Source: Veleropilina oligotropha
Taxonomy: Eukaryota
Direction: 5' to 3'
DNA length: 24,670 nt
NCBI GenBank assembly: GCA_048128005.1
Contig: JBEUKZ010000009.1
Location: 496,001-520,670 of the forward strand
Below are positions 1 through 10,317 of this stretch, piece after piece; the stretch's first letter is position 1; every line of letters starts with the position of its first letter. Below the pieces are notes generated by a model. The model was not told the origin of the DNA and searched no databases. It saw only the letters and a list, made by a program, of their open reading frames with translations. The translations under genes and the position numbers were made by a program.

Positions 1-256
1 CAATGGCCGGTCCAATGTAGCTTTGTAACTTCGTTCACCTGATAAGAACCAGTATGTTCAATATGAGTAACACGTGCACATATGAGCGCTAATGACGTCC
101 ATAATAGGATTATAATTGAAGACATTGCATTAATGAAAGTTATGAAAGACGTACTATTAATAAAGCCAAATATAATTTTGAAAACAAATTTCTTCAAATC
201 TATTCTATATCATTAAATAATTGTTAACAAAACATTTAATAGCATAAACAACAAAT

Positions 257-462
257 GGGGGACGCCCCGGTATTTGTGGGGTATCGACTATGAAATAACT
301 GGCTCGATTGCGTGAACTAACAGGAGTGGGTTCGAATCTCAGTTGGAGCATTAACATTCAGTTATCAATCACAGTTGTCCGTAACTGTCCTTCACTGGGC
401 TTTCCTCCAGCGATAATTATGACGGACATAATAATGACTGAACTGAACATTGCTTATTAAGT
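257..462 (+). mobile_element. Degenerate tRNA-derived SINE (possibly V-domain type)
   Basis: Pol III B-box GGGTTCGAATC at 328-338, preceded by TAACAGGAGT. The same motif recurs at ~1738 (+) and ~15680 (-). A downstream CTTTCCTCC segment resembles a V-SINE body. Ends are approximate. Confidence 0.5.
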
Positions 463-504
463 ATTTTATAGACATAATGGATAGGAAGGAAGCTGGCTTA
501 ACAC

Positions 505-957
505 TAGTGGTGTAACAATACATCGAACAATCGATATATCGCAATATATGCGCCCCTCAATGCAATGTATCGATAGTAAAATTGAATGTAAATAACTATC
601 GGCAATAGTGTTCACAACTATCGATGTTTTCAATAGTATTAAAAGTGATGAATTTTGTAACTTCTTATTTAATTTACCTCAGTATTACGATAAATTAAAG
701 TAATTTAACATCCATATTAATAGTATTTTGTTAAATTTATTTCGTATGAATCATGCTGCGCATTTACTATCTCATGGTAGATAAAATACGGTAACGTATT
801 TGTTAAGCATGCTTTGAATTGATGAAATTCACACTTGACTAAAACTATTTCAATAGTATTGCAATAGCATACCCGCAATAGCATTACTATCGCAATATCT
901 CTTTCTCCAATAGCAATACTATTGCAATAGTGAAAATTGCCTCAATATTCATCCCTA
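505..957. mobile_element. Non-autonomous hAT-type MITE, 453 bp
   Basis: Perfect 8-bp direct repeat CTTAACAC at 497-504 and 958-965. The right end reads TAGGGATGAAT on the minus strand (Ac TIR is TAGGGATGAAA) and the left end reads TAGTGGTGTAA. Many internal CAATAG and TATCG motifs cluster near both ends. Confidence 0.8.
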
Positions 958-1675
958 CTTAACACCTGCATAAATTGATATGACTCAATTAGCTAATTAG
1001 ATGTGTAGATCAGACACCTATGATTTAAAGACTATAAATTGTCACTGATATTAAACTTTGAATCTCATTAATAGATGCCGCAGGCGACCAAATAATACAG
1101 AACCTGAGTCACGATAATTAAATAGTATTACCATAATATGTTGAAGATATTTTCAACATGTCATCACTTGGAACCAATAACAATATCTTCTCAACTATTA
1201 CCATAATACTTATACAGCTAAAGGCAAATAGCAATTTACGAAGAAAATGTAACCACAATTCGCTGGAATAATCAGAATCGTACTTGTCGATTATGCTACA
1301 ATTCATATTAATCTATCGCTGCTGAACCAATATTTAACAACAGACCACACCCATTACATCATCTGCTCAAAGTGTCGAAACAAGTCTGCAAAATGCCATA
1401 AATAATGATGTGCAATTGTCTGACACAGTCCAATGTAGATAGACGTGTCCTTCAGTAAGTAGTGCATTACAAGCAAGATTAAATCAATATCAATTCAATT
1501 ATTAATGAATAAAAGATCTTAATTAGATAATTCAGGTGGCGGACATAAGTTAATTTGCTCAAGCTTAGTGCAAGTACCTGTGCAAGAACTTATGCGAAAT
1601 TACATCATCGATATCCGAAATGTTACTTGCTTATAATTGATTATTAGAACATTGACCAATTATTCAAAATGTAGT

Positions 1676-1810
1676 GGCCGCTCCGTGGTGTAATGGATAG
1701 GAACGTGGATCCAAATCACTCGCTTGACTGCTCTGATTAACAGGAGTGTTCAAATCCTCTGCTACGTAATTTGCCATGTCCTGATTTGACACCTCAAGGA
1801 TTTGTGTCAA
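1676..1810 (+). mobile_element. tRNA-derived SINE head remnant (same family as 257-462)
   Basis: A-box TGGTGTAATGG at 1686-1696, followed by TAACAGGAGT and B-box GTTCAAATCC at 1748-1757. The 3' end is uncertain. Confidence 0.5.
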
Positions 1811-1856
1811 AATGGGACAATTAGCATTGAAACTAAGCTATATATGTATATACATA

Positions 1857-2056
1857 CTAGCGGGCACACTCGTTAACAAACGGGTGATTTCGCTGAAATC
1901 CCCCATTTCACGCACACCCCTCCCTCCCCCAGTTTCCCCCCCTCCCATTTCCATATCGGATCATCATACCCCTAAGTTAGTAACACATGTCTACCCCCTG
2001 CCTCATTTCTCCCCCATGACACACACGCAAACAAACAAACAGTACTACTTTATAGA
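1857..2056 (-). mobile_element. Short non-autonomous Helitron (~200 bp)
   Basis: The minus strand starts A|TCTATAAAG, carries a (GTTT)n/(GT)n tract, and ends with a hairpin (arms 1867-1874 and 1879-1886, one G-T pair) 6 nt before CTAG|T. This is the canonical TC...hairpin-CTRR layout inserted at AT with no TSD. Confidence 0.7.
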
Positions 2057-2185
2057 TATATAATATAGTAATTTACTGCCCAACGCAACATATCTAACTT
2101 ATAAATGGCTTGATTTTTATGATTGCTAATAAGTTAAAAAATTTAACAACTTTTATGGTTTTCACAAAATGATTATAGCAGCAAT

Positions 2186-2996
2186 AAACTAGATGCTCAG
2201 TCACGAGTGACCGCATATGTATCCTCCGGTAATGCTTTAAAAGGTCGGACCACACCCAAAATCTCTAGGTGTCGTGTCCTCACACATACCAAATTTGACA
2301 ACATTCCATTAAGAAATGGCCTGTCTAGAGTGATCACTAAGAATCTCGGCGGTGGCCATCTTGGAGGTCGGACCAGACCCAAAATCTCTAGGTGTCGTGT
2401 CCTCATCCAAACCTATGCCCATAGCAAATTTGAATACATTCCGTAAAGAAATGACCTGTCTAGAGCGATCACAAGCAATTATGGGGACCATGGCGGCCAT
2501 CTTGGAGGTCAGACCGCACCCAAAATATATAGGTGTCGTGTCCAATGCACATACAAAATTTGAAAAAAATTTCGTTAAAAAATGGACTGTCTAGAGCGAT
2601 CACAAGGAATCATGCTTTAAAACTCAAGATGGAGGCCACAGCGGCCATCTTGGCGGTCGGACCACACCCAAATGCTATAGGTGTCGTGTCCTCGCCCCAA
2701 CCAATGCACATACCAAATTTGAAAACATTCCTTTAAGAAATGGCCTGTCTAGAGCGATCACAAGGAAATATGCTTTAAAATCCAAGATGGCAGCCACAGC
2801 GGCCATCTTGGAGGTTGCACCACACCCAAATTCTATAGGTGTCGTGTCCTCGCCCCAACCAATGCACATACCAAATTTGAAACATTCCGTTAAGAAACGG
2901 CCTGCCTAGAGCGATCACGAGGAATCTCTCGGTGGACGCGGCGTAACGAACGCTAAACCATAGTATCCCCCGATACTTTTGTTTCAGGGGATACAA
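2186..2996 (-). mobile_element. Helentron-associated interspersed element (HINE/DINE-1-like) with internal tandem array
   Basis: One end has AAACTAG, a stem-loop ATGC..GTCAC-GA-GTGAC..GCAT, and subTIR GTATCCTCCG (~2219-2228). The other end has the palindrome GTATCCCC...GGGGATAC (2963-2994). Five core repeats lie between. Confidence 0.75.
2243..2925. repeat. Five tandem satellite-like monomers (123-158 bp)
   Basis: Motif GGTCGGACCACACCCAAA..TAGGTGTCGTGTCC..CAAATTTGA..CTGTCTAGAGCGATCAC restarts at 2243, 2366, 2507, 2655 and 2813. Confidence 0.9.
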
Positions 2997-3778
2997 TTAA
3001 GGAAATAGTAGGATGATGAAATTCAATAATATTTGATGAGACGGTTATTGAAATTTTACTTATCCATGTATTATTTGTAATAACAAATATATAAATAATT
3101 TCCCATTTTCCATGGGTATCGATCTTGAAATCCTCGCTGTTATACATATCCAATAATCACTTCCACTCTCTGAATGAAACATCGGAAGTGTACTATGAAT
3201 TCATGTGACTGAATACATCCCAGGTGACCACACCCAAGAATAAATCATTAACGATTAATGTGACAATAAAACTGTAAAAGCATTGACAAGTTCTTCCGAG
3301 AGTGATGCGTTGTGTTATAGTCGTACTAAAGCTGAAGAAAAAAGACTTGATGTGGACATGAGAAAATCGTCATCTAGCACTGACAAAGGCCGAACAAGTG
3401 AAAGCCATATACAATTGTCCAACAAGTAGAATCGATGTGTCGATGCTTTGAAAGTAGAACTCCATTCATGGAGAGGGGTATTAAGCCAATTCAACACTGA
3501 CAAAATGAAAAGCTTCACGAAATTTGCTTACAATATGCGAAGTTATTATACTAATAAAATTGCATAGATCAAAACAAATCTGTTTACAAATGTTATGAAA
3601 TACGATAACAAGAGTTATGATCCTCATACAGGCGGCGAGGCCTGCCCTTTGCTTTTAGAAATACATAGAGGGTAAACTAATTATAAACTCAATAAAAAAT
3701 CTTCCGATTAATTCACATTTCCCTCAAAGTACATTCTTCAAAAAGTTCACATGGCCTTGATCTTTGACCCAGTTACGT

Positions 3779-3863
3779 CATCTAGGTAGGGTAAAGTAAG
3801 TAAGGCATGATAGCAGATACCCTACCTGCTATCATGCCTTACTTACTTCACCCTACCTAGATG
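3779..3863. repeat. Near-perfect inverted repeat (38-bp arms, 9-nt loop)
   Basis: 3779-3816 is the reverse complement of 3826-3863 with a single mismatch. Confidence 0.95.
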
Positions 3864-4568
3864 CTACGCATGAAAATAATATTTATACTGTACACATGAT
3901 TCTCATGTTCATAATTTCTAACATTCATTTGGGAACATTCTCGTGTCTTTGATGATAATTTGGCAGCCTGAATTATAACTGTGAGTTGAGCGATTAAAAA
4001 TATGTAACCAATTTGACAGTTTGACAAAAAGTTATATATTTTTAATTTCATACTAAATTTTCATACTAAATGTAGTACACATAAATTAATGATATGTAGA
4101 TAAAAACCAGGGGACAATTGCAATTGATGGACGAAATAGTGCTTAACACTTTTTCCTGTATAAATCTGGTCAGGTAACCCATAATGGCATGTGCAATGAA
4201 GAACGATGGTTAACATCACAAACAATATTATTAATGATACACCCAGAATCAACCTCACAACTTTCAGCCTTTTAACAACTCAGACACCTCGTCTTTTATT
4301 TATCGAAATATTAATGCAATATTCCAGCAGGTATCAGACAAATAATATTTCATCCTTCTCACAGTATCAGAATAAGGGAGGTAGGCCTAATACATGATAA
4401 ACAAGGGCAATCAGAGGAGATTGCAAACCCTCGCCCGGGACCAAGGAAGACGACGGCGAAAGTCAGAATTAATATTTCTGAACATGAATTACAATCATAA
4501 AAATGTGATGAAAAATCATAACAAAATTCAAGTAATAATAAAAAAAATAAAAATGAAAAAAAATGGAA

Positions 4569-4630
4569 GTAACGGGATTTGAACCCCGGATCTCAAGATT
4601 AATCGACGACGCCTTAACCGTTTGCGCTAT
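4569..4630 (-). other. tRNA-like Pol III promoter remnant (A and B boxes), not a functional tRNA
   Basis: The minus strand reads TAGCGCAAACGGTTAAGGCG...GGGGTTCAAATCCCG, with tRNA-like box spacing but no convincing acceptor stem. Confidence 0.55.
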
Positions 4631-4819
4631 TCGTACTTGTCTAAATATAGCTGCGATTGTAGACTATATATACTTGGTGTTCGATTTTTGTATTGCAAAT
4701 TTTGCCGAAGCTGACTAGACTTAACTCGCAATAACTCAATAGTTACTGAAGCGATATACCTGAAATTTTAAAGAAAGGTAGATTACGGTAACCATGCTTT
4801 ATGGTGTAAATTATATCAT

Positions 4820-5123
4820 GGCGTTAGCTCAGTGGTAGTGCACTGGCCTCTTGTCGAGAGGTTTGGGGTTCAATCCCCGATCCCGGCGAATTTCCTTGGG
4901 CAAGGAATTAAGCATATATGTGCCTCGGTTCACCCAGCCGATCTGAGATCTAAATGATTGGCAGTGACAGAATTGTCAGAATGACAGGTCAAGCACCTAG
5001 CAGGCATGTACTTGACCATAATACTCTCAGAGAGAGTTGAGAAGGAGTATGGAATGAACAGACCAATAACCAGGGAATAATTCATGTGTGAGGATGCGCA
5101 GATAAATCGATCACATTATTATT
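4820..5123 (+). mobile_element. tRNA-derived SINE with CORE-like domain
   Basis: A-box TAGCTCAGTGG at 4825-4835 and B-box GGTTCAATCCC at 4867-4877. These are followed by CCTTGGGCAAGG..TTAA..TGCCTC..CACCCAG (CORE-like) and an (ATT)n tail near 5115-5123. Confidence 0.75.
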
Positions 5124-5823
5124 TAAAGAGCAATCACAAATATCGCAATGTCTCGACGATTTTAATTTCGGAACAAAAATTAATGCTATAAATTCGCTGG
5201 AACACAAAGTATATAGAGAAGAGTTGTAGATAATGTCTCACTCTGTCACTTGTTAAAATTTGAGGTGTCTGGAGTCGGTGGTTACCGATTTACGGCCCTT
5301 TGTTGCATTATGATTTGGTTGATTTCTAAAATACTTATAAAGTTCACATATCACATTATTTTTGCTGATGTCAATATAATTTCATCAGGACTACGATTTG
5401 CATGACGAATTTACACAATTTAATTCGATTTGGCGAAATGAAAAATTGACCCCCAAATTTTAAAGTTTACAATCCCACTGGCGGCCATCATGGGTGAAGT
5501 AGATCGTATATAATTCATCATGTCATTGTCCCGTAATCTAAAGAACATTTTGAGCCTAATTTGAAGTTTGTATGACGAAGCGTTTTAATGCTACAGACGA
5601 AAATCCGTAAACCGGATATTGCATCATAAAATCCGAATCCGTCTGCCAATCTAGACCCCCTTCGAGAAGGACATAGCCACGGATATACCATATAAATGTG
5701 TGAAATTTTCAAATCAATCGGATCAATAGTTGTCGAGTTATGCAAATGGACATACATACATGCATACGGAACCGATTGCAATACTCTCGCCTCTCCTCCG
5801 GAGGAAAATAAATATTGGTACGA

Positions 5824-6002
5824 CCACGGGTCATTGACGCAACCCAGAAATATTCGCGAAATCGATCATACCAAACATCGACATGCTACCATCCACTGAT
5901 GACGTATAGTCGTATATTCTACATCGTAAGTGGATGGTAGCTGGTCGATGTTTGGTATGATCGATTTCGAGAATATTTCTGGTTTGCCTCAATGGCCCGT
6001 GG
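5824..6002. repeat. Long inverted repeat (74-bp arms, 31-nt loop)
   Basis: 5824-5897 matches the reverse complement of 5929-6002 without gaps, with about 6 mismatches. Confidence 0.95.
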
Positions 6003-6413
6003 ATACAACCCGGTCATAGGTGTATGGTTTGCGAGGAAAATTTTGGTACTTAATACTTTGAAATAGCTTCTCCTGCGGTGTGAGGTTCCAAATGCGATTT
6101 TCATTATCAAAATTATTAGTACAACCAAGGTCGTAGTGGTCAAATCGCTTCCCCGGCCCTGACCATAGTGGAAATACCGAGATCAAGCTCAAATCATGTG
6201 ACAATAAACAAGGCAATAAATGGGATTTTATCCTTTCATATATATAATGAAATAAAAGTACATAAGAAATAAACATATTTAATTTAAAGTTACAATTTTA
6301 ATGGTCATTGCCAATTAATTTCTTCGATAAAAATTATATACATGTCCATTATTACTCTTTTAATTCATGACAAAATATTACAGCAATTATTGAATAGAAA
6401 ACTAAAATATTAC

Positions 6414-6462
6414 CTTTCTTTATTTGATTTTCTCGGTCTTCTTTCTTCTATCTTGACAATCT
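6414..6462 (-). CDS. Candidate coding exon 2 (49 nt) of an unidentified spliced gene
   Basis: Minus strand TCTTTCAG|AGATTG...GAAAG|GTAATA. The only open frame (IVKIEERRPRKSNKE) is the one required by the phase-1 donor at 6894. Confidence 0.4.
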
Positions 6463-6893
6463 CTGAAAGATAACAGCACTCGATTGTGCAGAATAATTCA
6501 GTCCAGCTAGCGTTTATCGGCTTTCTTTGAGAAGCCATCATAAGAAAATCGATTTTATTTTGATATGGGACAGTGCATCTTTAACTCGAAATGGCGTCAT
6601 ATACGACGATTGTTGGACAATACAGTGCTATTATTCTACCAAAAGCTCATCCAAAACACTAACAGCTGATCAGCTAAACAATTTAGTTACTGATGCCAAG
6701 TTCCTGGTTTCCGCGACCTACTTTGGCCTTCCATGACACTTGGCTGTTTATGCATGCCATAGCACAACCAGTCGAAGACTTCAGTGCAAGCCAAACTCGG
6801 GAGTCGGTCGAGCACTCAGAGTGAGGGGGCGTGAGACGACACACCCGTTGCTAAATTCGACGGCAGTCGAGGCTAACGGGGGTACATACTTAC

Positions 6894-7005
6894 CTACGGG
6901 CGCATGTAAGATTTGTCCGTTGTATTTTGTGTGTAATCGTTTCGAAGTATTTCTGCGAATTCCGCCCCCTGTGTCCGCGACCCTCTCTTCCTCTGAGTCC
7001 GCCAT
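6894..7005 (-). CDS. Candidate first coding exon of an unidentified spliced gene (MADSEEERVAD...HAPV)
   Basis: AACATGGCG start in strong context and a consensus donor TAG|GTAAGT at 6894/6893, within a locally GC/CpG-rich island. Confidence 0.45.
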
Positions 7006-7009
7006 GTTG

Positions 7010-7100
7010 CTCCTAGGCCACGCCCAACATCCGGGTGTTTACCTTGGCCACACCCACCTCAGGAAGAAGTGTTTCTGTCGAGGTCAGCGATGCGAGGATG
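7010..7100 (-). promoter_or_regulatory. Putative GC-box/ETS promoter for the minus-strand gene
   Basis: GGCCACGCCC (7016-7025) and GGCCACACCC (7046-7055) are Sp/KLF-type boxes. An ETS-like CCGGATGT lies on the minus strand at ~7027-7034, immediately upstream of the ATG. Confidence 0.4.
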
Positions 7101-7618
7101 CTTAGTTTTTACGCCAAAGTCAATAGAACAATTTTAAGCATTTTAGCTAATTTAAAATGCGAACTTAAACTAGTTTTGTTTGCTAAACGCAATAAATATC
7201 AGCGTTTCCTATTGCTAAGATAGTCATCAGTACATGGTAAAATAGTAATGGGGATACGCCCACTTTCATGCCTGTTGACTGATACCAGAGACTTGAGTGA
7301 TAAATGTCATAGTCTAGGGACATCGGTCTCTGCAAGTCACTGATTATCTCTATATCGCTTTGTGTTGGGAATATCATATTGCGGTGGGCTTATCGAAGAT
7401 CAATATCAATGTCTATTCACTTATTTTATTTGCGTTGCCTTCTCGACCTATCATGCTATTTTTTTAATTCCAATTGGTGAGGTTTCTTTCACATTTTTTA
7501 TCTATTGTATAATATAATTATTTGCGGGCTCTGATATTATTTGAATCGCACAATTACACTGGATATCAATCGAATAAAAAAATTATTTCTATCTTGTCTC
7601 CGACTTGACTCGAGACCA

Positions 7619-7748
7619 GGGCCCAAGATTATAAAGACTCTATGAAACTCAGCTCAGACTCTGCCAATGATCAATAGTGTTAATTTGAGTACGAAACAGT
7701 CACCAGAGCCGGAGATCGTACTCAGCAGACATTTATAATTTTGGGCCT
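7619..7748. mobile_element. Small MITE, PIF/Harbinger-like TIRs
   Basis: GGGCCCAAGATTATAAA (7619-7635) versus TTTATAATTTTGGGCCT (7732-7748), a 15/17 inverted match. An internal inverted pair TGAGTACGA/TCGTACTCA is present. The TSD is not clear. Confidence 0.6.
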
Positions 7749-8315
7749 AAGCTAGGTGCGATGTGAGTAACGATTTGAGTCATGCTAAACAGTGATTACC
7801 GAGTACCTAATGACATGAGAGGTTCGGTTATTCAGTTGCGGCCCCACAACTTTCGTAATAGTAACACCAATCTTGCTCTTTAAAATATTACAAAACATTA
7901 TGAACAGTACTGTAATTAACAAAACTATCCTACATCCTTACATAGTCTTTTGCAGCCATACTCGACTGATATCAATAAAGGATCCATATATAAGACTGGT
8001 GTACACTATCAGTTTTCTAATATAAATTTTGACTAGTAGAACCTGTGAGATTGACTACTATACTAAGTATACTGGTCCCTTATAAAATGACCATGTTATA
8101 TATAAGAAACAAATGACATGACCCCATCTTCAAGATACGGCAAATTGAAGGACCGGCCAAATCAATCTTACATCCAAGCTTAGACCCACTCTCACGCAAA
8201 TGTCAATGCACGCGTAAGCATATACAATACACTTCAGCCTTAACGTGGTCGGGACACCCACCGACATGCATTAGGGATATATGCCATCTATTAGTTTTAA
8301 GCCTTAGAATAAGCC

Positions 8316-8374
8316 AGGCCGGAGCGGGCTTGAACCCACATCCTACCGTCCAACATAACGTTTTCCCGACGCTA
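8316..8374 (-). mobile_element. Possible SINE head remnant
   Basis: Only a B-box-like TGGGTTCAAGCCCG on the minus strand (8325-8338). Confidence 0.3.
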
Positions 8375-8974
8375 TCGAAAAAAATTTATTGGCTACAGAC
8401 ATGCTAGAACATAAACATGATTGTTGATACGGAAATTTTGAAAGGCTAAAAATTAAACAATAATTATTGAAAGTCTCATTGACCCGAAAGCCTCATACAT
8501 CACGAATCTTGCAAAGCAGAAAACATGAACATCACAAAAAAATTTCACAATATGCAACGAAGTGCTGAAGGTCATATCTGATGAACGACTTCCAAATTTA
8601 ACGTTAGTGAATGAACGGTCTCATTTGTCATATCAATTTGAAAGCTGGACTACATCCAATCATCGAGGATGTCCGTTTGCCAACATTTAGTGTCCTGTCA
8701 CCAGGTAAAGTCTGGATATCATGGCAGCCTGTACATTCACAACGGTATTGAAATCCTAAAAAAAATGCCAACAATACCTCAGTTTCCGCTGTCCACGTCT
8801 GTCCTCAGATATTGTTCCAAATATGCAGTTCTTCAAGTACTAGTTATATATATAAAATAAAATAGGCTTCATTATAGAGGTATGTTCACCTCTGGCGTAA
8901 AAACAGCACGTATTGCAGCAATTTTGAAAGTTCATGGAATTGAAAAGAATGGCTATAAAGCCTCCCATTTTCTG

Positions 8975-9802
8975 AAATATTTGTCACTGGCGATGATTGA
9001 TGATCAGTACAACCCCAACGAGTGAACACACCTCTTCACATGTGGATTTTCAGAAGGAGCAGTGAAAGATGGGGGAACATGAGTCTTTATCAAACTGACC
9101 CAAGGTTTTTTCCAACTGGAAATATCACCTCCAACTACAGAGCACACTCAACAGTACTACTCCATGCAGCGAAGACTCCCCCAAGATCAACCAACCCACC
9201 ACCAAAGAATGTCATTTTCGCACATTGCAAATATCAGCTGCATGGAGATCATCAGAAATGAATAACATCTTCAGAACATCAAGGAAACCACCCATTATCT
9301 TTCAAAACAATCCACCATCAAACTCCAGTGGATTCCATCCCAGTGTGGGATAAAAGGAAACAAAAGGACAGATGCTCATTCCAAAATTATCAGCAGAACG
9401 GATCAGTTCAGTCACAAAGATATGCCAAAACCATCATCCACAATCAATGCCCGTCTGTGCGAAGACAGTGGTGCTGACCAGATTCACCAGCTCCAGAGGC
9501 ACCAGAAGACAATCCTCTTCAGACAGAGGACTGGCCACTGCAGAAAAGTGATCCACCTAAACTGATTCAAGATTTGTCACGCTGACTAATGTTCACGATG
9601 AACAGGTTCCCAAACACCATAACATATCCTGCAATACTGTCCTTACCATGAAGGTCTACGACGTCAAACCTAACCAGAGACCGCGGAACAACAGGCGCTG
9701 CTTTGGGGTAGCCGTCACGACCAGAAGAAGACAGAGAAATACATCATGGCAACTGACCTGCATACCTGACGAAACCTGCCGAATCGACTCTTCAAGAACA
9801 AG
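8975..9802 (+). mobile_element. Decayed 3' end of an RNase H-containing non-LTR retrotransposon (I group; Nimb/Ingi-like)
   Basis: Broken translation gives THLFTCGFSEGAVKDGG (cf. YTDGS), PTG..SNYRA, LQWIPSQCGIKGNKRTD (cf. WIPSHCGIxGNExAD), ILFRQRTGHC and HILQYCP (C-terminal CCHC remnant). There are many stops and a short AAG-like tail. Confidence 0.85.
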
Positions 9803-10317
9803 GATCCGTTGTGTTAAAATCTTTCTATATAAAAAAATATGCATCAAAAAGATACAGTGGAATATTATCACATGGACCATTTTTCTCTGAAAGAAATTGC
9901 TTATGTATACATCAGTCACGCCAGCAGATCATGATACACAAGAGGCAACTATAGTTAAAGTCGATCATGGATGTCACACTATCTTCTTAAATAGAACTCA
10001 GATACAGATTAAAGGACTTCGCGTTTCAAATTTGGAATAAGAACATTTTTATGATTGATTACAGAAGTCCTTTTTAGGAACATAATATGCAAAGCAGCTC
10101 TCTCATTTGCAAACATTCGAACCTACCTGACTCTTACAAAAGAGGGACACTTAAGGGTTTAACCAGACCGAGGCGCACTGGCTCCCAATTAAATGGAGAT
10201 CGAAGATAAAATTGCCATGTTGATTATAAATTACTGAGATCTTAAAAGGAAATCCAATATTAAAAGCTCTCTGGGGAAAATGACATACTTATGACTGTAC
10301 CATTCTTACCGGTAGCC

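Larger units (their letters stand above)
4399..5810 (-). mobile_element. HINE-type non-autonomous Helentron (~1.4 kb) containing a nested SINE
   Basis: Left end AAACAAGG plus hairpin GCAATC/GATTGC (4407-4424) and GATTGCAAACCCTCGCC (4419-4435). A near copy, GATTGCAATACTCTCGCC, lies at 5774-5791, preceded by a (CATA)n tract (5751-5767) and followed by a short palindrome (5794-5805). Confidence 0.6.

Noticed and set aside
2243..2925. CRISPR-like array or coding ORFs in the repeated region
   Set aside because: The whole monomer is repeated with no unique spacers and no cas genes. The short overlapping ORFs are by-products of the repeats.
1118..4582. Several 60-80-aa ORFs in AT-rich DNA as further exons of the minus-strand gene
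   Set aside because: No recognisable motifs. The one good acceptor tested (~3272) hits a stop after about 26 codons in the required phase, so it is unsupported.
4820..4890. Functional tRNA gene
   Set aside because: A and B boxes are present, but there is no proper cloverleaf and the sequence runs into a SINE body. The same lack of a cloverleaf applies to 1676-1760 and 4569-4630.
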